Positions 50,897-60,240 of a stretch of 64,000 nt of DNA are shown in pieces; within the stretch, counting starts at the first letter, position 1, and the number at the start of each line of letters is the position of its first letter. Below the pieces are notes generated by a model. It searched no databases. It saw nothing but the letters and a program-made list of their open reading frames with translations, and was not told the origin of the DNA. A program made the translations under genes and the position numbers. The stretch comes from an uncultured Desulfosarcina sp. (GTDB lineage: Bacteria; Desulfobacterota; Desulfobacteria; Desulfobacterales; Desulfosarcinaceae), in contig CAXXWQ010000004.1 of NCBI GenBank assembly GCA_963674945.2, positions 1,312,001 to 1,376,000 of the forward strand. Reading direction: 5' to 3'.

Positions 50897-51661
50897 TTAT
50901 TCATCGGCAATCGGTGCCTTTTCCGCCAATTTCAAAAAGGGACGGAACAGGTCCAGGGGAAGAGGAAAAACGGTGGTGGTATTGTTTTCCGCCGACATCT
51001 CCCGCATGGTCTGCAGATAGCGCAGCTGGATGGCCGTGGGGTAAGCATCGATGATCTTGGCCGCCTGGGCCAGGCGATCGGCGGCCTGGAATTCGCCTTC
51101 CGCGTTGATCACCTTGGCCCGCCTCTCCCTTTCGGCCTCGGCCTGTTTGGCCATGGCCCGCTGCATCTCCTGGGGAAGATCGATGTGTTTGAGCTCCACC
51201 GTGGCCACCTTGATGCCCCACGGATCCGTGTGGGTATCAAGGATTTCCTGCAACTGCGCATTGATCTTCTCACGGGCCGACAACAATTCGTCCAGTTCCG
51301 CCTGGCCGCAAACGCTACGCAAGGTGGTCTGGGCCAGTTGGGAGATGGCGAAGTTGTAATCCTCCACCTCCACGATGGCCTTGATGGGGTCGATCACCCG
51401 AAAATAGATGACGGCATTGACCTTCACCGACACGTTGTCCAGGGTGATCACGTCCTGGGGATCCACGTCCATGGCCACCAGGCGTAAGCTCACCTTGACC
51501 ATCTTGTCGATGACCGGGATGAGGATAATCAGTCCGGGTCCCTTGGCGTTGATCACCCGCCCTAAGCGAAAGATGACGCCCCGTTCATATTCATTCAAGA
51601 TCTTAAGGGCGGCGGACAGGAAAAGGACGATTAAGACGACGATACCGATATAAGGCAGCAT
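50897..51661 (-). CDS. Slipin/stomatin (SPFH) family protein
   Basis: [36 protein letters not shown]. Confidence 0.95.
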   Translation of the reverse strand: MLPYIGIVVLIVLFLSAALKILNEYERGVIFRLGRVINAKGPGLIILIPVIDKMVKVSLRLVAMDVDPQDVITLDNVSVKVNAVIYFRVIDPIKAIVEVEDYNFAISQLAQTTLRSVCGQAELDELLSAREKINAQLQEILDTHTDPWGIKVATVELKHIDLPQEMQRAMAKQAEAERERRAKVINAEGEFQAADRLAQAAKIIDAYPTAIQLRYLQTMREMSAENNTTTVFPLPLDLFRPFLKLAEKAPIADE

Positions 51662-51698
51662 GAGCCCCTCCTTCATCTTACGTTTTTCACATCTATTG

Positions 51699-53018
51699 TT
51701 ATTTTTCCGTTTTCTCCGTATCCGGCGAATCCGCCGTGACCAGCAGGGTCAATCCGTCCACGCCCGTCACCCGAACCCGCTGGCCTTGGGCCAATGGGGC
51801 CGTTGACCGGGCGAACCACAACTCTCCCCCAACCAGAACCGTTCCCTCGGGCAAATCCTCGGAAGCAAAGGGACGCTTGACCATGCCGGTCTTGCCCACC
51901 AGCCCCGAGGCACCGGTCATGGGCCGCCTGCTCCGGGAACGAAAGACCAGTCCTGCGACCACGATAAAAAAACCGCCGACGAAGACGATGGTGGGAATCA
52001 AAACGGTCCAGGAGACGCCCATTTGGCCATCGGTCCGGTCGAAAAGCATCAGGGAGCCCAAAAACAGGCTGGCGATCCCGGCCAGGCTGAGCAATCCGAA
52101 GCTGGCGACTTTCATCTCCAAGATGAAGAAAATGATGGACAGGACAATGAGAAGCAAACCCGCGGTATTCACAGGCAGGGTTTGAAACGAATAGAAGGCG
52201 AGTATCAGGGCGATGCTCCCCACGACACCGGGCAGTATCGTTCCCGGGTGGGAAAGTTCGAAGTAAAGCCCTGCCAGTCCGATCATCATTAAAATATAGG
52301 TGATATTGGGATCGCTGATAACTTTGAGAATTCGTGTTCGCAGGGATTCATCGATCCAGATCCGGTCATCGGGATCGATGTCGATGGCCCCCTTGTCCAG
52401 GATCTGGCGACCGTTGATTTGTTCCAGGAGATCGTCCAGGTCCTTTGCCACCAGATCGATGATTTTCTCATTAAGGGCTTCGGTCTCGGTTACCGAAACG
52501 CTTTCACGAACGGCTTTCTCGGCCCATGTTTCGTTCCGGTTGCGCTTCTGGGCGATGCTCTTCACGAAGGCCACCATGTCGTTGGTCACCTTCTCGGCCA
52601 TGGTTTCGCCCAGTTCCTTTCCTCCGGCGTTCACCGGATGGGCCGCACCGATGTGTGTGCCCGGCGCCATGGCGGCCACATCGGCGGCCATGGTGATCAT
52701 CACGCCCGCCGAAGCGGCCCGTGCTCCGGAAGGAGATACATAGACAACTACGGGAATACGGCTGTTGTAGATGGCCATCACCATCTTGCGCATGGATTCG
52801 GCCAGGCCGCCGGGGGTATCCATCACCACGACCAGACACCCGCCACGCTCCTCATTGGCCCGGTCGATGGCGGAAATCAGAAATTCTGCATTTCCCGGAG
52901 AGATGGGACCGTTGATGCGAACCAGGTGGACCGGAGCGGATGCCCGGACGCTATCGGCCGCGACCACAAATGCGGATAGGACAAAAAACGAGAGAACAAG
53001 GATGCGAAGTTTCATCAT
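51699..53018 (-). CDS. nfeD: NfeD-family membrane-bound serine protease
   Basis: DTPGGL, AASAG, GAAHPV, TM region, C-terminal OB domain GELWFA; next to slipin. Confidence 0.93.
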   Translation of the reverse strand: MMKLRILVLSFFVLSAFVVAADSVRASAPVHLVRINGPISPGNAEFLISAIDRANEERGGCLVVVMDTPGGLAESMRKMVMAIYNSRIPVVVYVSPSGARAASAGVMITMAADVAAMAPGTHIGAAHPVNAGGKELGETMAEKVTNDMVAFVKSIAQKRNRNETWAEKAVRESVSVTETEALNEKIIDLVAKDLDDLLEQINGRQILDKGAIDIDPDDRIWIDESLRTRILKVISDPNITYILMMIGLAGLYFELSHPGTILPGVVGSIALILAFYSFQTLPVNTAGLLLIVLSIIFFILEMKVASFGLLSLAGIASLFLGSLMLFDRTDGQMGVSWTVLIPTIVFVGGFFIVVAGLVFRSRSRRPMTGASGLVGKTGMVKRPFASEDLPEGTVLVGGELWFARSTAPLAQGQRVRVTGVDGLTLLVTADSPDTEKTEK

Positions 53019-53083
53019 TTTCCCCTTGGCGTACGGGTAAGGGGCTGCAAAAGATGATCCAACCAAATCAGTGTGACTGGGAC

Positions 53084-53785
53084 TCATGCCAGTATCTTCA
53101 TGATTTTCTGGACATCGTTCCACACATCCCGCTTTTTTTCGGGGGACCGAAGCAGGTACGCCGGGTGATAGGTCGGCATCACCGGCAGCCCCATGAAGGT
53201 TTGAAATTGCCCCCGCAATCGAGATACGGGCACCTGGGTCCCCAAAAGGGCCCGGGCGGCGACACTTCCCAGGGTACAGATCACCTTGGGATTGATGGCC
53301 GCGATTTGTCGTTTGATGAAGGGCAGGCATTTTTCGATCTCATCGGGTGTCGGGTTGCGGTTCTCGGGTGGACGGCACTTGACGATGTTGCCGATGTAGA
53401 CCTCTTCGCGGTTGAGATTCATGGCCTGGATGATTTTGGTAAGCAGTTGGCCGGCAGCCCCCACGAAGGGACGGCCGCATCGGTCCTCATCCGCACCCGG
53501 TCCCTCTCCCACGAATATCAGACGCGCCTTCGGATCCCCCTCTCCGAAAACGATGTGGTTTCGCCCCCTACAGAGGGGGCAACGGGTGCACTCTCCCAGA
53601 TCGGCCCTGATGGATGACAAGGATTCGGGACCGGCGGTTCGGGTGGCCGGCAAAGCCGTCAACCGTGCCAGACGATCCAGACACTCGGGATCGCACTCGA
53701 AACCGGTACAACCGATCTGTTTCAGATGAATCAGGCTTTCGCGAATTTGCCGGATCATCCGGACTCGTGGGGACGCCAAGGTCAT
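53084..53785 (-). CDS. Uracil-DNA glycosylase family 4
   Basis: CTRCPL, GEGPG, PFVGAAGQLL, KCRPPENR, TYHPAYLLR. Confidence 0.95.
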   Translation of the reverse strand: MTLASPRVRMIRQIRESLIHLKQIGCTGFECDPECLDRLARLTALPATRTAGPESLSSIRADLGECTRCPLCRGRNHIVFGEGDPKARLIFVGEGPGADEDRCGRPFVGAAGQLLTKIIQAMNLNREEVYIGNIVKCRPPENRNPTPDEIEKCLPFIKRQIAAINPKVICTLGSVAARALLGTQVPVSRLRGQFQTFMGLPVMPTYHPAYLLRSPEKKRDVWNDVQKIMKILA

Positions 53786-55047
53786 CGATTGACACGCTTT
53801 GACTTTTTCGATCCAGGGGTTTTCCGGCCGGTCCGTGACCTGTCTTTCATGATCGTAACAACGTGATCCAGGATCAAATGGGCCACGGCATCTTTTTCCA
53901 TCACCCCCAGGACCGTCTTATCACCATCGGGAAAAAAGAGGGTGATGCGGTTGGTATCTACGGCGAATCCGGAGTCCGGCTGTCCAACGCGATTGGCCGC
54001 AATCATGTCCAGATGTTTTTCCTTAAGCTTTTTCAGAGCGAATTTTTCCATGTCCTGGGTCTCTGCGGCGAACCCGACAATCACCTGATCCTTTCGCCTT
54101 TCCTTGCCGATGGTCTTCAAGATATCCGTCGTTTTCGTAAGGACCATCTCGACGGTGTCCTCGTCCTTCTTGATTTTGTGGGGTGCGATCTCGAGAGGCC
54201 GGTAATCGGAGACGGCGGCCACCTTTATCACCACATCGGATTGGTCCACCCGATCGAAAACGGCCTGGGCCATGTCATCCACGGTCTCCGTATGGACCAT
54301 CTCAACGTTGATCGGCGGGTCCAAGGCGACCGGCCCGGAGACGAGGGTGACCCGACCACCGCGGTGTTCTGCAGCCCGGGCGATGGCGTATCCCATCTTT
54401 CCCGATGAAGGGTTGCTGATGAATCGGACCGGATCAATGTATTCACGGGTGGGACCGGCTGTCACGAGAATCGCCTTTCCCGCAAGATCCTTGGGTGTGA
54501 CCAATCGGGTGAGGCGATCGACGATATCGGCGGGTTCGGGCAACCTTCCCGGCCCGGTGGTACCGCAGGCCAGTTCCCCCTCACCGGGTGAGAGGATCTG
54601 GCAACCGTCCTGTTCCAACTGCTTCAGATTTCGCCGATGGGCGGGATGCTCGTACATATTGGTATTCATGGAGGGACAGAGTAAAATCGGCGCGGTGACC
54701 GCCAGCATGAAGGTACTTACGGCATCATCGGCGATGCCATGGGCCAGCTTGGCCATCATGTTGGCCGTGGCTGGTGCGATCACCACGGCATGGGCATCTT
54801 CGGCCCATGAGATATGTCGGATCGCCGCATCCTCCTTGTCTTCGAACAGGTCCACACAAACCGGATTGCCGGACAGGACCTCGAAGGTCATGGGGCCAAC
54901 GAAAGAAGTGGCGCTTTTCGTCATGATCACCCGCACCTTGGCCCCTTTTTTTACCAACTGCCGCAAAAGCTCAACGCTCTTATACGCCGCGATGCCGCCG
55001 CACACGCCCAGAACAATGTTTTTTTCTTTCAGCGCACTCGTATTCAT
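53782..55047 (-). CDS. coaBC: Phosphopantothenoylcysteine decarboxylase/synthetase
   Basis: GGIAAYK, PATAN, PSMNTNMY, TAGPTRE.IDPVRFISNPSSGKMG. Confidence 0.97.
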   Translation of the reverse strand: MNTSALKEKNIVLGVCGGIAAYKSVELLRQLVKKGAKVRVIMTKSATSFVGPMTFEVLSGNPVCVDLFEDKEDAAIRHISWAEDAHAVVIAPATANMMAKLAHGIADDAVSTFMLAVTAPILLCPSMNTNMYEHPAHRRNLKQLEQDGCQILSPGEGELACGTTGPGRLPEPADIVDRLTRLVTPKDLAGKAILVTAGPTREYIDPVRFISNPSSGKMGYAIARAAEHRGGRVTLVSGPVALDPPINVEMVHTETVDDMAQAVFDRVDQSDVVIKVAAVSDYRPLEIAPHKIKKDEDTVEMVLTKTTDILKTIGKERRKDQVIVGFAAETQDMEKFALKKLKEKHLDMIAANRVGQPDSGFAVDTNRITLFFPDGDKTVLGVMEKDAVAHLILDHVVTIMKDRSRTGRKTPGSKKSKRVNR

Positions 55048-55349
55048 TTTCTTTCCAATTGAGATAGGCCTTTTCCAATGGGTGTTTGTCCCAAACGTGA
55101 AATGCAGCCAAGCATCCGCTGGGCGATGATCAACCGCACCCACTCCTCTATGGTGCCGGTGATATCCTCCCAATTCCGTTCGTTTTCCGACAGCTTGGCG
55201 ACAACGTCATCCAGACAAGATGAAAGGTCCGTTCGCCGGGGATCCTGCTCCAGCAGGTAGCGATAAATGCGGGCAGCCTCTTCATATCGGCCTTGTTTTG
55301 ACAACAGGTCGGCCATGGTGGCCGTGAAAAATGTCTTGTCCCCGGTCAC
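55044..55349 (-). CDS. Small TPR-containing protein
   Basis: TATMADLLSKQGRYEEAARIYRYLLEQDP. Confidence 0.7.
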   Translation of the reverse strand: MTGDKTFFTATMADLLSKQGRYEEAARIYRYLLEQDPRRTDLSSCLDDVVAKLSENERNWEDITGTIEEWVRLIIAQRMLGCISRLGQTPIGKGLSQLERK

Positions 55350-55350
55350 G

Positions 55351-55638
55351 CTACCTCTCCCGAGGCCGCAGTATGACGATATCGTCCTTGCCGACCATTC
55401 CCAATTCATTGCGTGCAATTGTCTCGATGTATTCCGGATCGTTCTTCAACCGGTCGACAATGCGGTACAGGTCGATGTTTTCTCTGGCCAAAGCCTGATT
55501 TTGCCCCGCCATCATTCTTTCCTTGGCCCGAAGCCGGGAAAGTTCGATCAAACCATTGTCCCCGAAGACAATCATCGACAGCACAGTCAGCAGGGCGCAT
55601 GCCGCGCCCACAACCAAAATTTTCTGTCCAAGGTTCAT
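55351..55638 (-). CDS. ftsB: Septum formation initiator (FtsB/DivIC)
   Basis: TM segment, FGDNG, coiled coil, YIETIARNELGMV. Confidence 0.88.
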   Translation of the reverse strand: MNLGQKILVVGAACALLTVLSMIVFGDNGLIELSRLRAKERMMAGQNQALARENIDLYRIVDRLKNDPEYIETIARNELGMVGKDDIVILRPRER

Positions 55639-57278
55639 GATCGGTACAGACCCTTTTTGATCATTCCCACCACGACCCGCCATTCTCGAATTTTCAGTAT
55701 CCATGCCGCACAGAAGAAGACGACAATGCCGCCAACGACACCACCCGCGATTGCCGAAAACAACCGCACCGGCCCCCAATACAGATCAGGAGGGATGGTC
55801 AATCTGGCGATGGCCGCCACATACGCCGCCATGATGGCCGATGCAGCCAATGTCTTCATGCAGCTGCCCGCGATGACACGCCAGTGGATCGTCCCCATCT
55901 TCCTTCTTAGCATGAAGACCAATAATCCGAGATTCACCATGGATGCCAAAGAGGTGGCAAGGGCCAGCCCGCAGTGCGCCATCGGCCCCATGAGGATCAC
56001 CCCGAAGACGATATTGGCGATGATGGCCACGGTAGCCGTCATCACCGGTGTTCGTGTATCCTGCATGGCATAAAAAGTGGAAACAACGATTCGCACGGCG
56101 GAAAATGCCCATAGTCCTATAGAATAATACAAAAGCGCATCGGAGGTCAATCGCGTGGTCTGGCGATCGAAGGCGCCGCGCTCGAACAACAGGGCCACAA
56201 TGGGTTCCCGCAGCACGATGAGCCCCACCATCGCCGGAATGGTGACAAACAGCACCAGACTCATGGCATGTCCGAAGGTCTCTCCCATACCGGAGTGATC
56301 GTCGGCCGCAGCTTGCCGGGAGAGACTTGGCAACACCGCAGTGGCCAGTGCCTGGGCGAAGACTCCCAAAGGAAATTGAACCAGTCTGTCGGCGTAATAC
56401 AGGTAGGAAACGCTTCCACCGGGAAGAAAAGAGGCCAAAAGGGTTCCGACGAGGATGTTGATCTGGTAGACTGCCGAACCGAAGATGACCGGCAGCATGA
56501 GAGCACCGATCTGTTTCATGGCCGGGTGCCACAGTCCGGATGACTGATAGAATCGAACGCCGTGACGGAGCAGAAAAGGGAGCTGCAGTCCCAGTTGCAA
56601 GACGCCTCCCAGCAATACACCGCCAGCCAGCCCAAGAACCCGTACGGTCTCGGAATCGGAAAGGCGGGAGACGGCAAGAACGGCACCGATCATGGCCAAA
56701 TTCAACAGCACCGGGGCAATGGCCGGTGCGGCAAAGTGGCCCAATACGTTCAGAATGCCCATGCACAGTGCTACCAGCCCGACGAAGATCACATAGGGGA
56801 ACATGAGCCGCGTTAATGTTACCGTCAGGGTCATCTTTTCCGGCGTATGGAAAAACCCCGGTGCAACCAGGTGAACGATCAGCGGCGCTGCGACGATGCC
56901 GATGACCGAGACCACCGAGAGAAGGATCAGCAGCAATTTCAGACTGGAAACGGCCAGCCCCATGGCGTTCTCGCGACCGTGTTTCACCAGGGTCTGGGTA
57001 AAAACGGGGACGAATGCGATGCTCAAGGATCCCTCTCCGAACAACCGTCGCAGCAGGTTGGGAATCCGAAAGGCGGCGATGAAGGCGTCGGCCGCCATGC
57101 CGGCGCCGAAGAAAGAGGCCAGCACCATATCCCGTACGTAACCGAAGACACGGCTGACCAGTGTCGCGACACCCACGATGCCGGCCGCTCGCGTGACGGA
57201 TTGCCGCTCGCCTACGGCCGGAATGGTGGATGGCGAATTCACGGGAAGATGACTCCTTGGCCGTGGGGGGGAATACAT
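55635..57278 (-). CDS. murJ: Lipid II flippase MurJ (MviN)
   Basis: SRVFGYVRD, AFRIPNLLRRLFGEG, YYADRLVQFPLG; start codon uncertain. Confidence 0.97.
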   Translation of the reverse strand: MYSPPRPRSHLPVNSPSTIPAVGERQSVTRAAGIVGVATLVSRVFGYVRDMVLASFFGAGMAADAFIAAFRIPNLLRRLFGEGSLSIAFVPVFTQTLVKHGRENAMGLAVSSLKLLLILLSVVSVIGIVAAPLIVHLVAPGFFHTPEKMTLTVTLTRLMFPYVIFVGLVALCMGILNVLGHFAAPAIAPVLLNLAMIGAVLAVSRLSDSETVRVLGLAGGVLLGGVLQLGLQLPFLLRHGVRFYQSSGLWHPAMKQIGALMLPVIFGSAVYQINILVGTLLASFLPGGSVSYLYYADRLVQFPLGVFAQALATAVLPSLSRQAAADDHSGMGETFGHAMSLVLFVTIPAMVGLIVLREPIVALLFERGAFDRQTTRLTSDALLYYSIGLWAFSAVRIVVSTFYAMQDTRTPVMTATVAIIANIVFGVILMGPMAHCGLALATSLASMVNLGLLVFMLRRKMGTIHWRVIAGSCMKTLAASAIMAAYVAAIARLTIPPDLYWGPVRLFSAIAGGVVGGIVVFFCAAWILKIREWRVVVGMIKKGLYRS

Positions 57279-57535
57279 GGCAGCCGCATTCGCATCGATC
57301 TGATTTGTTCACGGGTTTGTTCGCGGGCATGGCCCACTCCTACATCAATCAGTGGATTGGTTATTCGTCTCTTTTTGCAGGAGTTGGCCGTGCCGGGGAT
57401 AACGAATTTGAATATCGGATGCCAATTACGGTTAAACCGGTACAGAATCGTTTTTTCCTTGACTTGTCGAAGGAGTTTCGCTATCAGGAAGTTTTGCAAT
57501 TTTTCCAATTTATATGCCGAAAGGAGTCATAGAAG

Positions 57536-57796
57536 GTGGCCAACCATAAATCAGCATTGAAACGCGCCGGTCAGAGTCAACGCCGACGCATGCGGAACAA
57601 GGCAGTCCAAACCCGGGTAAAAAACGTCGTAAAGGATGTACGGCTTGCCGTAACACAAGGCGCTGAAGACGCCACCGACCGTCTCAACCAAGCCAAGTCC
57701 GTCATCGACAACGCGGCCAAAAAAGGCGTACTTCACAAAAAAACCGCCTCCCGGAAGATCTCTCGCCTGGCAAAGCAGGTTAACGACCTTTCATAG
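57536..57796 (+). CDS. rpsT: 30S ribosomal protein S20
   Basis: [10 protein letters not shown]...[16 protein letters not shown]. Confidence 0.98.
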   Translation: MANHKSALKRAGQSQRRRMRNKAVQTRVKNVVKDVRLAVTQGAEDATDRLNQAKSVIDNAAKKGVLHKKTASRKISRLAKQVNDLS

Positions 57797-57900
57797 TGTA
57801 GCATAGTTTCGACAGACCTCTTCGCCTGCCCTTGAAAGACGGATACGACGGACGCGCCAATGTCTCTCTTGCATCGTGCGAAAGGCATGGCAGACGCCAA

Positions 57901-58425
57901 TCAGAAGTCATCCGTCAATCGCGTGAAGGCGGACTCAGCCATTTTTCTGGAAAGCACGGCAACGGCATCGGACTTGTTCTGATCCGTTGCCGTCTTATCG
58001 TCTACTACCACCCTGTAGGCCTCACGCTCCACAATCGCACCCGAATTCCAAAGTATCCGACCGTCCGGTGATTCCAAGCGCAACTGCATCGTGCCGGTTA
58101 CCCGCCGCTCCACCGCCGTCGAAACGGTGGCCCGTGAGATGTTTTCTACGGCCAATGAAACGACGGTGCCGGTCAGGATGCCATCGGCCGAGGCGCGATC
58201 CGGAGCCAGGCTTTCCTTTCGGCTCCGGGTGAATTCATAGATCAGATCGTTGGTGAAAGTGCTCTCCACACCCGTCTCCGAAGTCCGGTTCTCCAGGATC
58301 GTGACATAAACCCGCGTCACGCCGGCGGGCAGGTGCCCGCCACCGGCGAAATGGTAGCCGCAGCTGCATAACAACGATAGTGGGATTACAGCCAAGCAAA
58401 AGGATATCGATAATCGTTTCACCAA
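57901..58425 (-). CDS. lptE: LPS assembly lipoprotein LptE-like
   Basis: Lipobox LCSCGYHF; position downstream of leuS. Confidence 0.85.
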   Translation of the reverse strand: MVKRLSISFCLAVIPLSLLCSCGYHFAGGGHLPAGVTRVYVTILENRTSETGVESTFTNDLIYEFTRSRKESLAPDRASADGILTGTVVSLAVENISRATVSTAVERRVTGTMQLRLESPDGRILWNSGAIVEREAYRVVVDDKTATDQNKSDAVAVLSRKMAESAFTRLTDDF

Positions 58426-58437
58426 AGTTCCAATAAA

Positions 58438-58571
58438 AAAGAGTGTTAAGTGTTAAGTTCTAAGTGATTAAGTTGAGGAATTCTATCGATTATAGACTAG
58501 GATCCATGCCGGGAGTATAAAATCGATCCCCATCCTTCCCTCAACACTTAACACTTCGAACTTAATACTTT
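58438..58571. repeat. Heptamer-repeat (AAGTGTT) hairpin element, copy 2
   Basis: Same architecture as 46030-46153, directly after the ancestral leuS stop (58574-58576). Confidence 0.85.
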
Positions 58572-58584
58572 ATTTATATAACAA

Positions 58585-60240
58585 CCTGAATCAGTGGCCT
58601 AATTTTTGCTGTTAGGATTGGCGCGGGGCGATTGCCTCACACACCATCATTTGTTGATAATTTTTCTCACTATTTTCAAATTTCGAAGGAATTTTGCTCC
58701 TGTTTCTCATTCTTTAGCCATAGCAAATCACCAAGCAAATGCCTGTAAAATTGTTCTTTTAAAAATTATAGCTACTTCATAGCGGAAAGCAAATTCAGAC
58801 GAAGATAAATCCGATCCATCAGTTTGGAAAATGGATTGAGTTGGCCAAAGGATATGTACCATTTTCTACTTCTGGTTACTAATCGACCGGCCATATACAT
58901 CAAGTCCTGCATGACTGTCCGGATTCGACGCCGGGTAACTTTCTTCCGGCGTATACCGGGCAATTCAGTCGGATCACTCTCTTCGATGCTGATTTGTCCG
59001 ATAATCCGTAGCATGTTGTACGTCAGCATCGCCAAATGAAGAATCAAGCTATTGGTGGAAAAATGACCGCTCGGCAAGCGCTCCAGGCCCATGTCGGATT
59101 TGAGTTCGGAGTGAAACTGCTCGCTGGTACCGTGATCGTGATAAAGTCGAATCACCTCATCCGGTGGCAACTGTGCGAGGCTGCACCAATAGGTATCGAT
59201 CTGATACTCGGGGAACAGCAGTACTTGGCCCTTTTTGGTATGCCTTTCGGTAACCTCAAAGATGATTGGGTAGCGCAATGGATTGCCGTTGATGTCTTCA
59301 ATCGTCTTTCCGATCCATACACATTTTCCTGAGCGGCAATGCTGTTGCTTGCCGGATTTTTTTGCCAGATCAACCCACTTTTGAACAGATTCTCTACGCA
59401 AATTGCGTTTGATGATAAAGTGGACATTCTTTCGTGAATCGTCAGGAAAGTTGTCTTGACTGTCGTTTCCTGAATCCAACCTCATCAAAATAGGCTGATC
59501 GGTAATTTGCCTGGCATAATCCAAGGTGGCGTTGATAAATTCGGGGGTGTTTTTCTGGCAGTGTTGTTTTCCTTCTCTGAACTCAAGATTCACCAGATAC
59601 CCCTCGGTGCCCAGGTAGGCAAAGATCGGAGCGAAGCCATCCGTGCCTTTGTAGGTTCTGGAAACGCCTTCCTTTTGAGTCTTTGAGTTGTCAAACGGAC
59701 TCACATCCATATCCAAAGGAAGGAAATCACCCGCACTGGTTTGGATGGGTGAAATCGCCGGAGCGCAGGATCGAACCAAATCAACGCCTGCATCCTTAAT
59801 CAGCTTATCGGCTTGGTTGCCGATCAAATCGATTCGCTGACGCAATGTCGGGCTTGACGGGCATGCACGATTGCCAATGGCCTTGTTGAAAAATTCTTGC
59901 TTCTCACGAAAAATCTCGATCGCATCGTAATCAGGTTTACCAATACTCATGAGAGCAATCATCGAAGCTAAAATGTCACCATGAGAAATTTTCGGGTCTA
60001 CACAATGGACGCCGTTGATCTTTTCGAAACGGAACCTGAAATTTATCGCATCAAGTAATGCGCCGATATTGATCAATCCGCTATGACTGGCAAGTTTTTC
60101 CATCTCGTGTTTTATGGTGATCGGACGCCGCATTGATTTCACCTCCGAAGTGAGCGTTTAGTGCCCTAATATTACCATAATATATATGTTTTATCAATTG
60201 GTTATAGTGTTTTAATCAGGTTTTGTGCCACGGAAACAGG
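58585..60240 (-). mobile_element. IS1380-family insertion sequence, copy 2 (1656 bp), inserted in the last codons of leuS
   Basis: Same ends and identical transposase; flanks AACAA | IS | G AACAA. Confidence 0.93.
58772..60142 (-). CDS. IS1380-family DDE transposase
   Basis: Protein identical to 26757-28127. Confidence 0.92.
   Translation of the reverse strand: MKSMRRPITIKHEMEKLASHSGLINIGALLDAINFRFRFEKINGVHCVDPKISHGDILASMIALMSIGKPDYDAIEIFREKQEFFNKAIGNRACPSSPTLRQRIDLIGNQADKLIKDAGVDLVRSCAPAISPIQTSAGDFLPLDMDVSPFDNSKTQKEGVSRTYKGTDGFAPIFAYLGTEGYLVNLEFREGKQHCQKNTPEFINATLDYARQITDQPILMRLDSGNDSQDNFPDDSRKNVHFIIKRNLRRESVQKWVDLAKKSGKQQHCRSGKCVWIGKTIEDINGNPLRYPIIFEVTERHTKKGQVLLFPEYQIDTYWCSLAQLPPDEVIRLYHDHGTSEQFHSELKSDMGLERLPSGHFSTNSLILHLAMLTYNMLRIIGQISIEESDPTELPGIRRKKVTRRRIRTVMQDLMYMAGRLVTRSRKWYISFGQLNPFSKLMDRIYLRLNLLSAMK

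Noticed and set aside
55786..57330. Long alternative-frame ORFs (514 aa here; also 49252-50214 and 61796-62761)
   Set aside because: Shadow ORFs of GC-rich conserved genes (murJ, xerC, leuS) with no recognisable motifs.
46030..58571. Heptamer arrays as CRISPR repeats
   Set aside because: There is no repeat-spacer periodicity and no cas genes; I saw no CRISPR array anywhere in the window.
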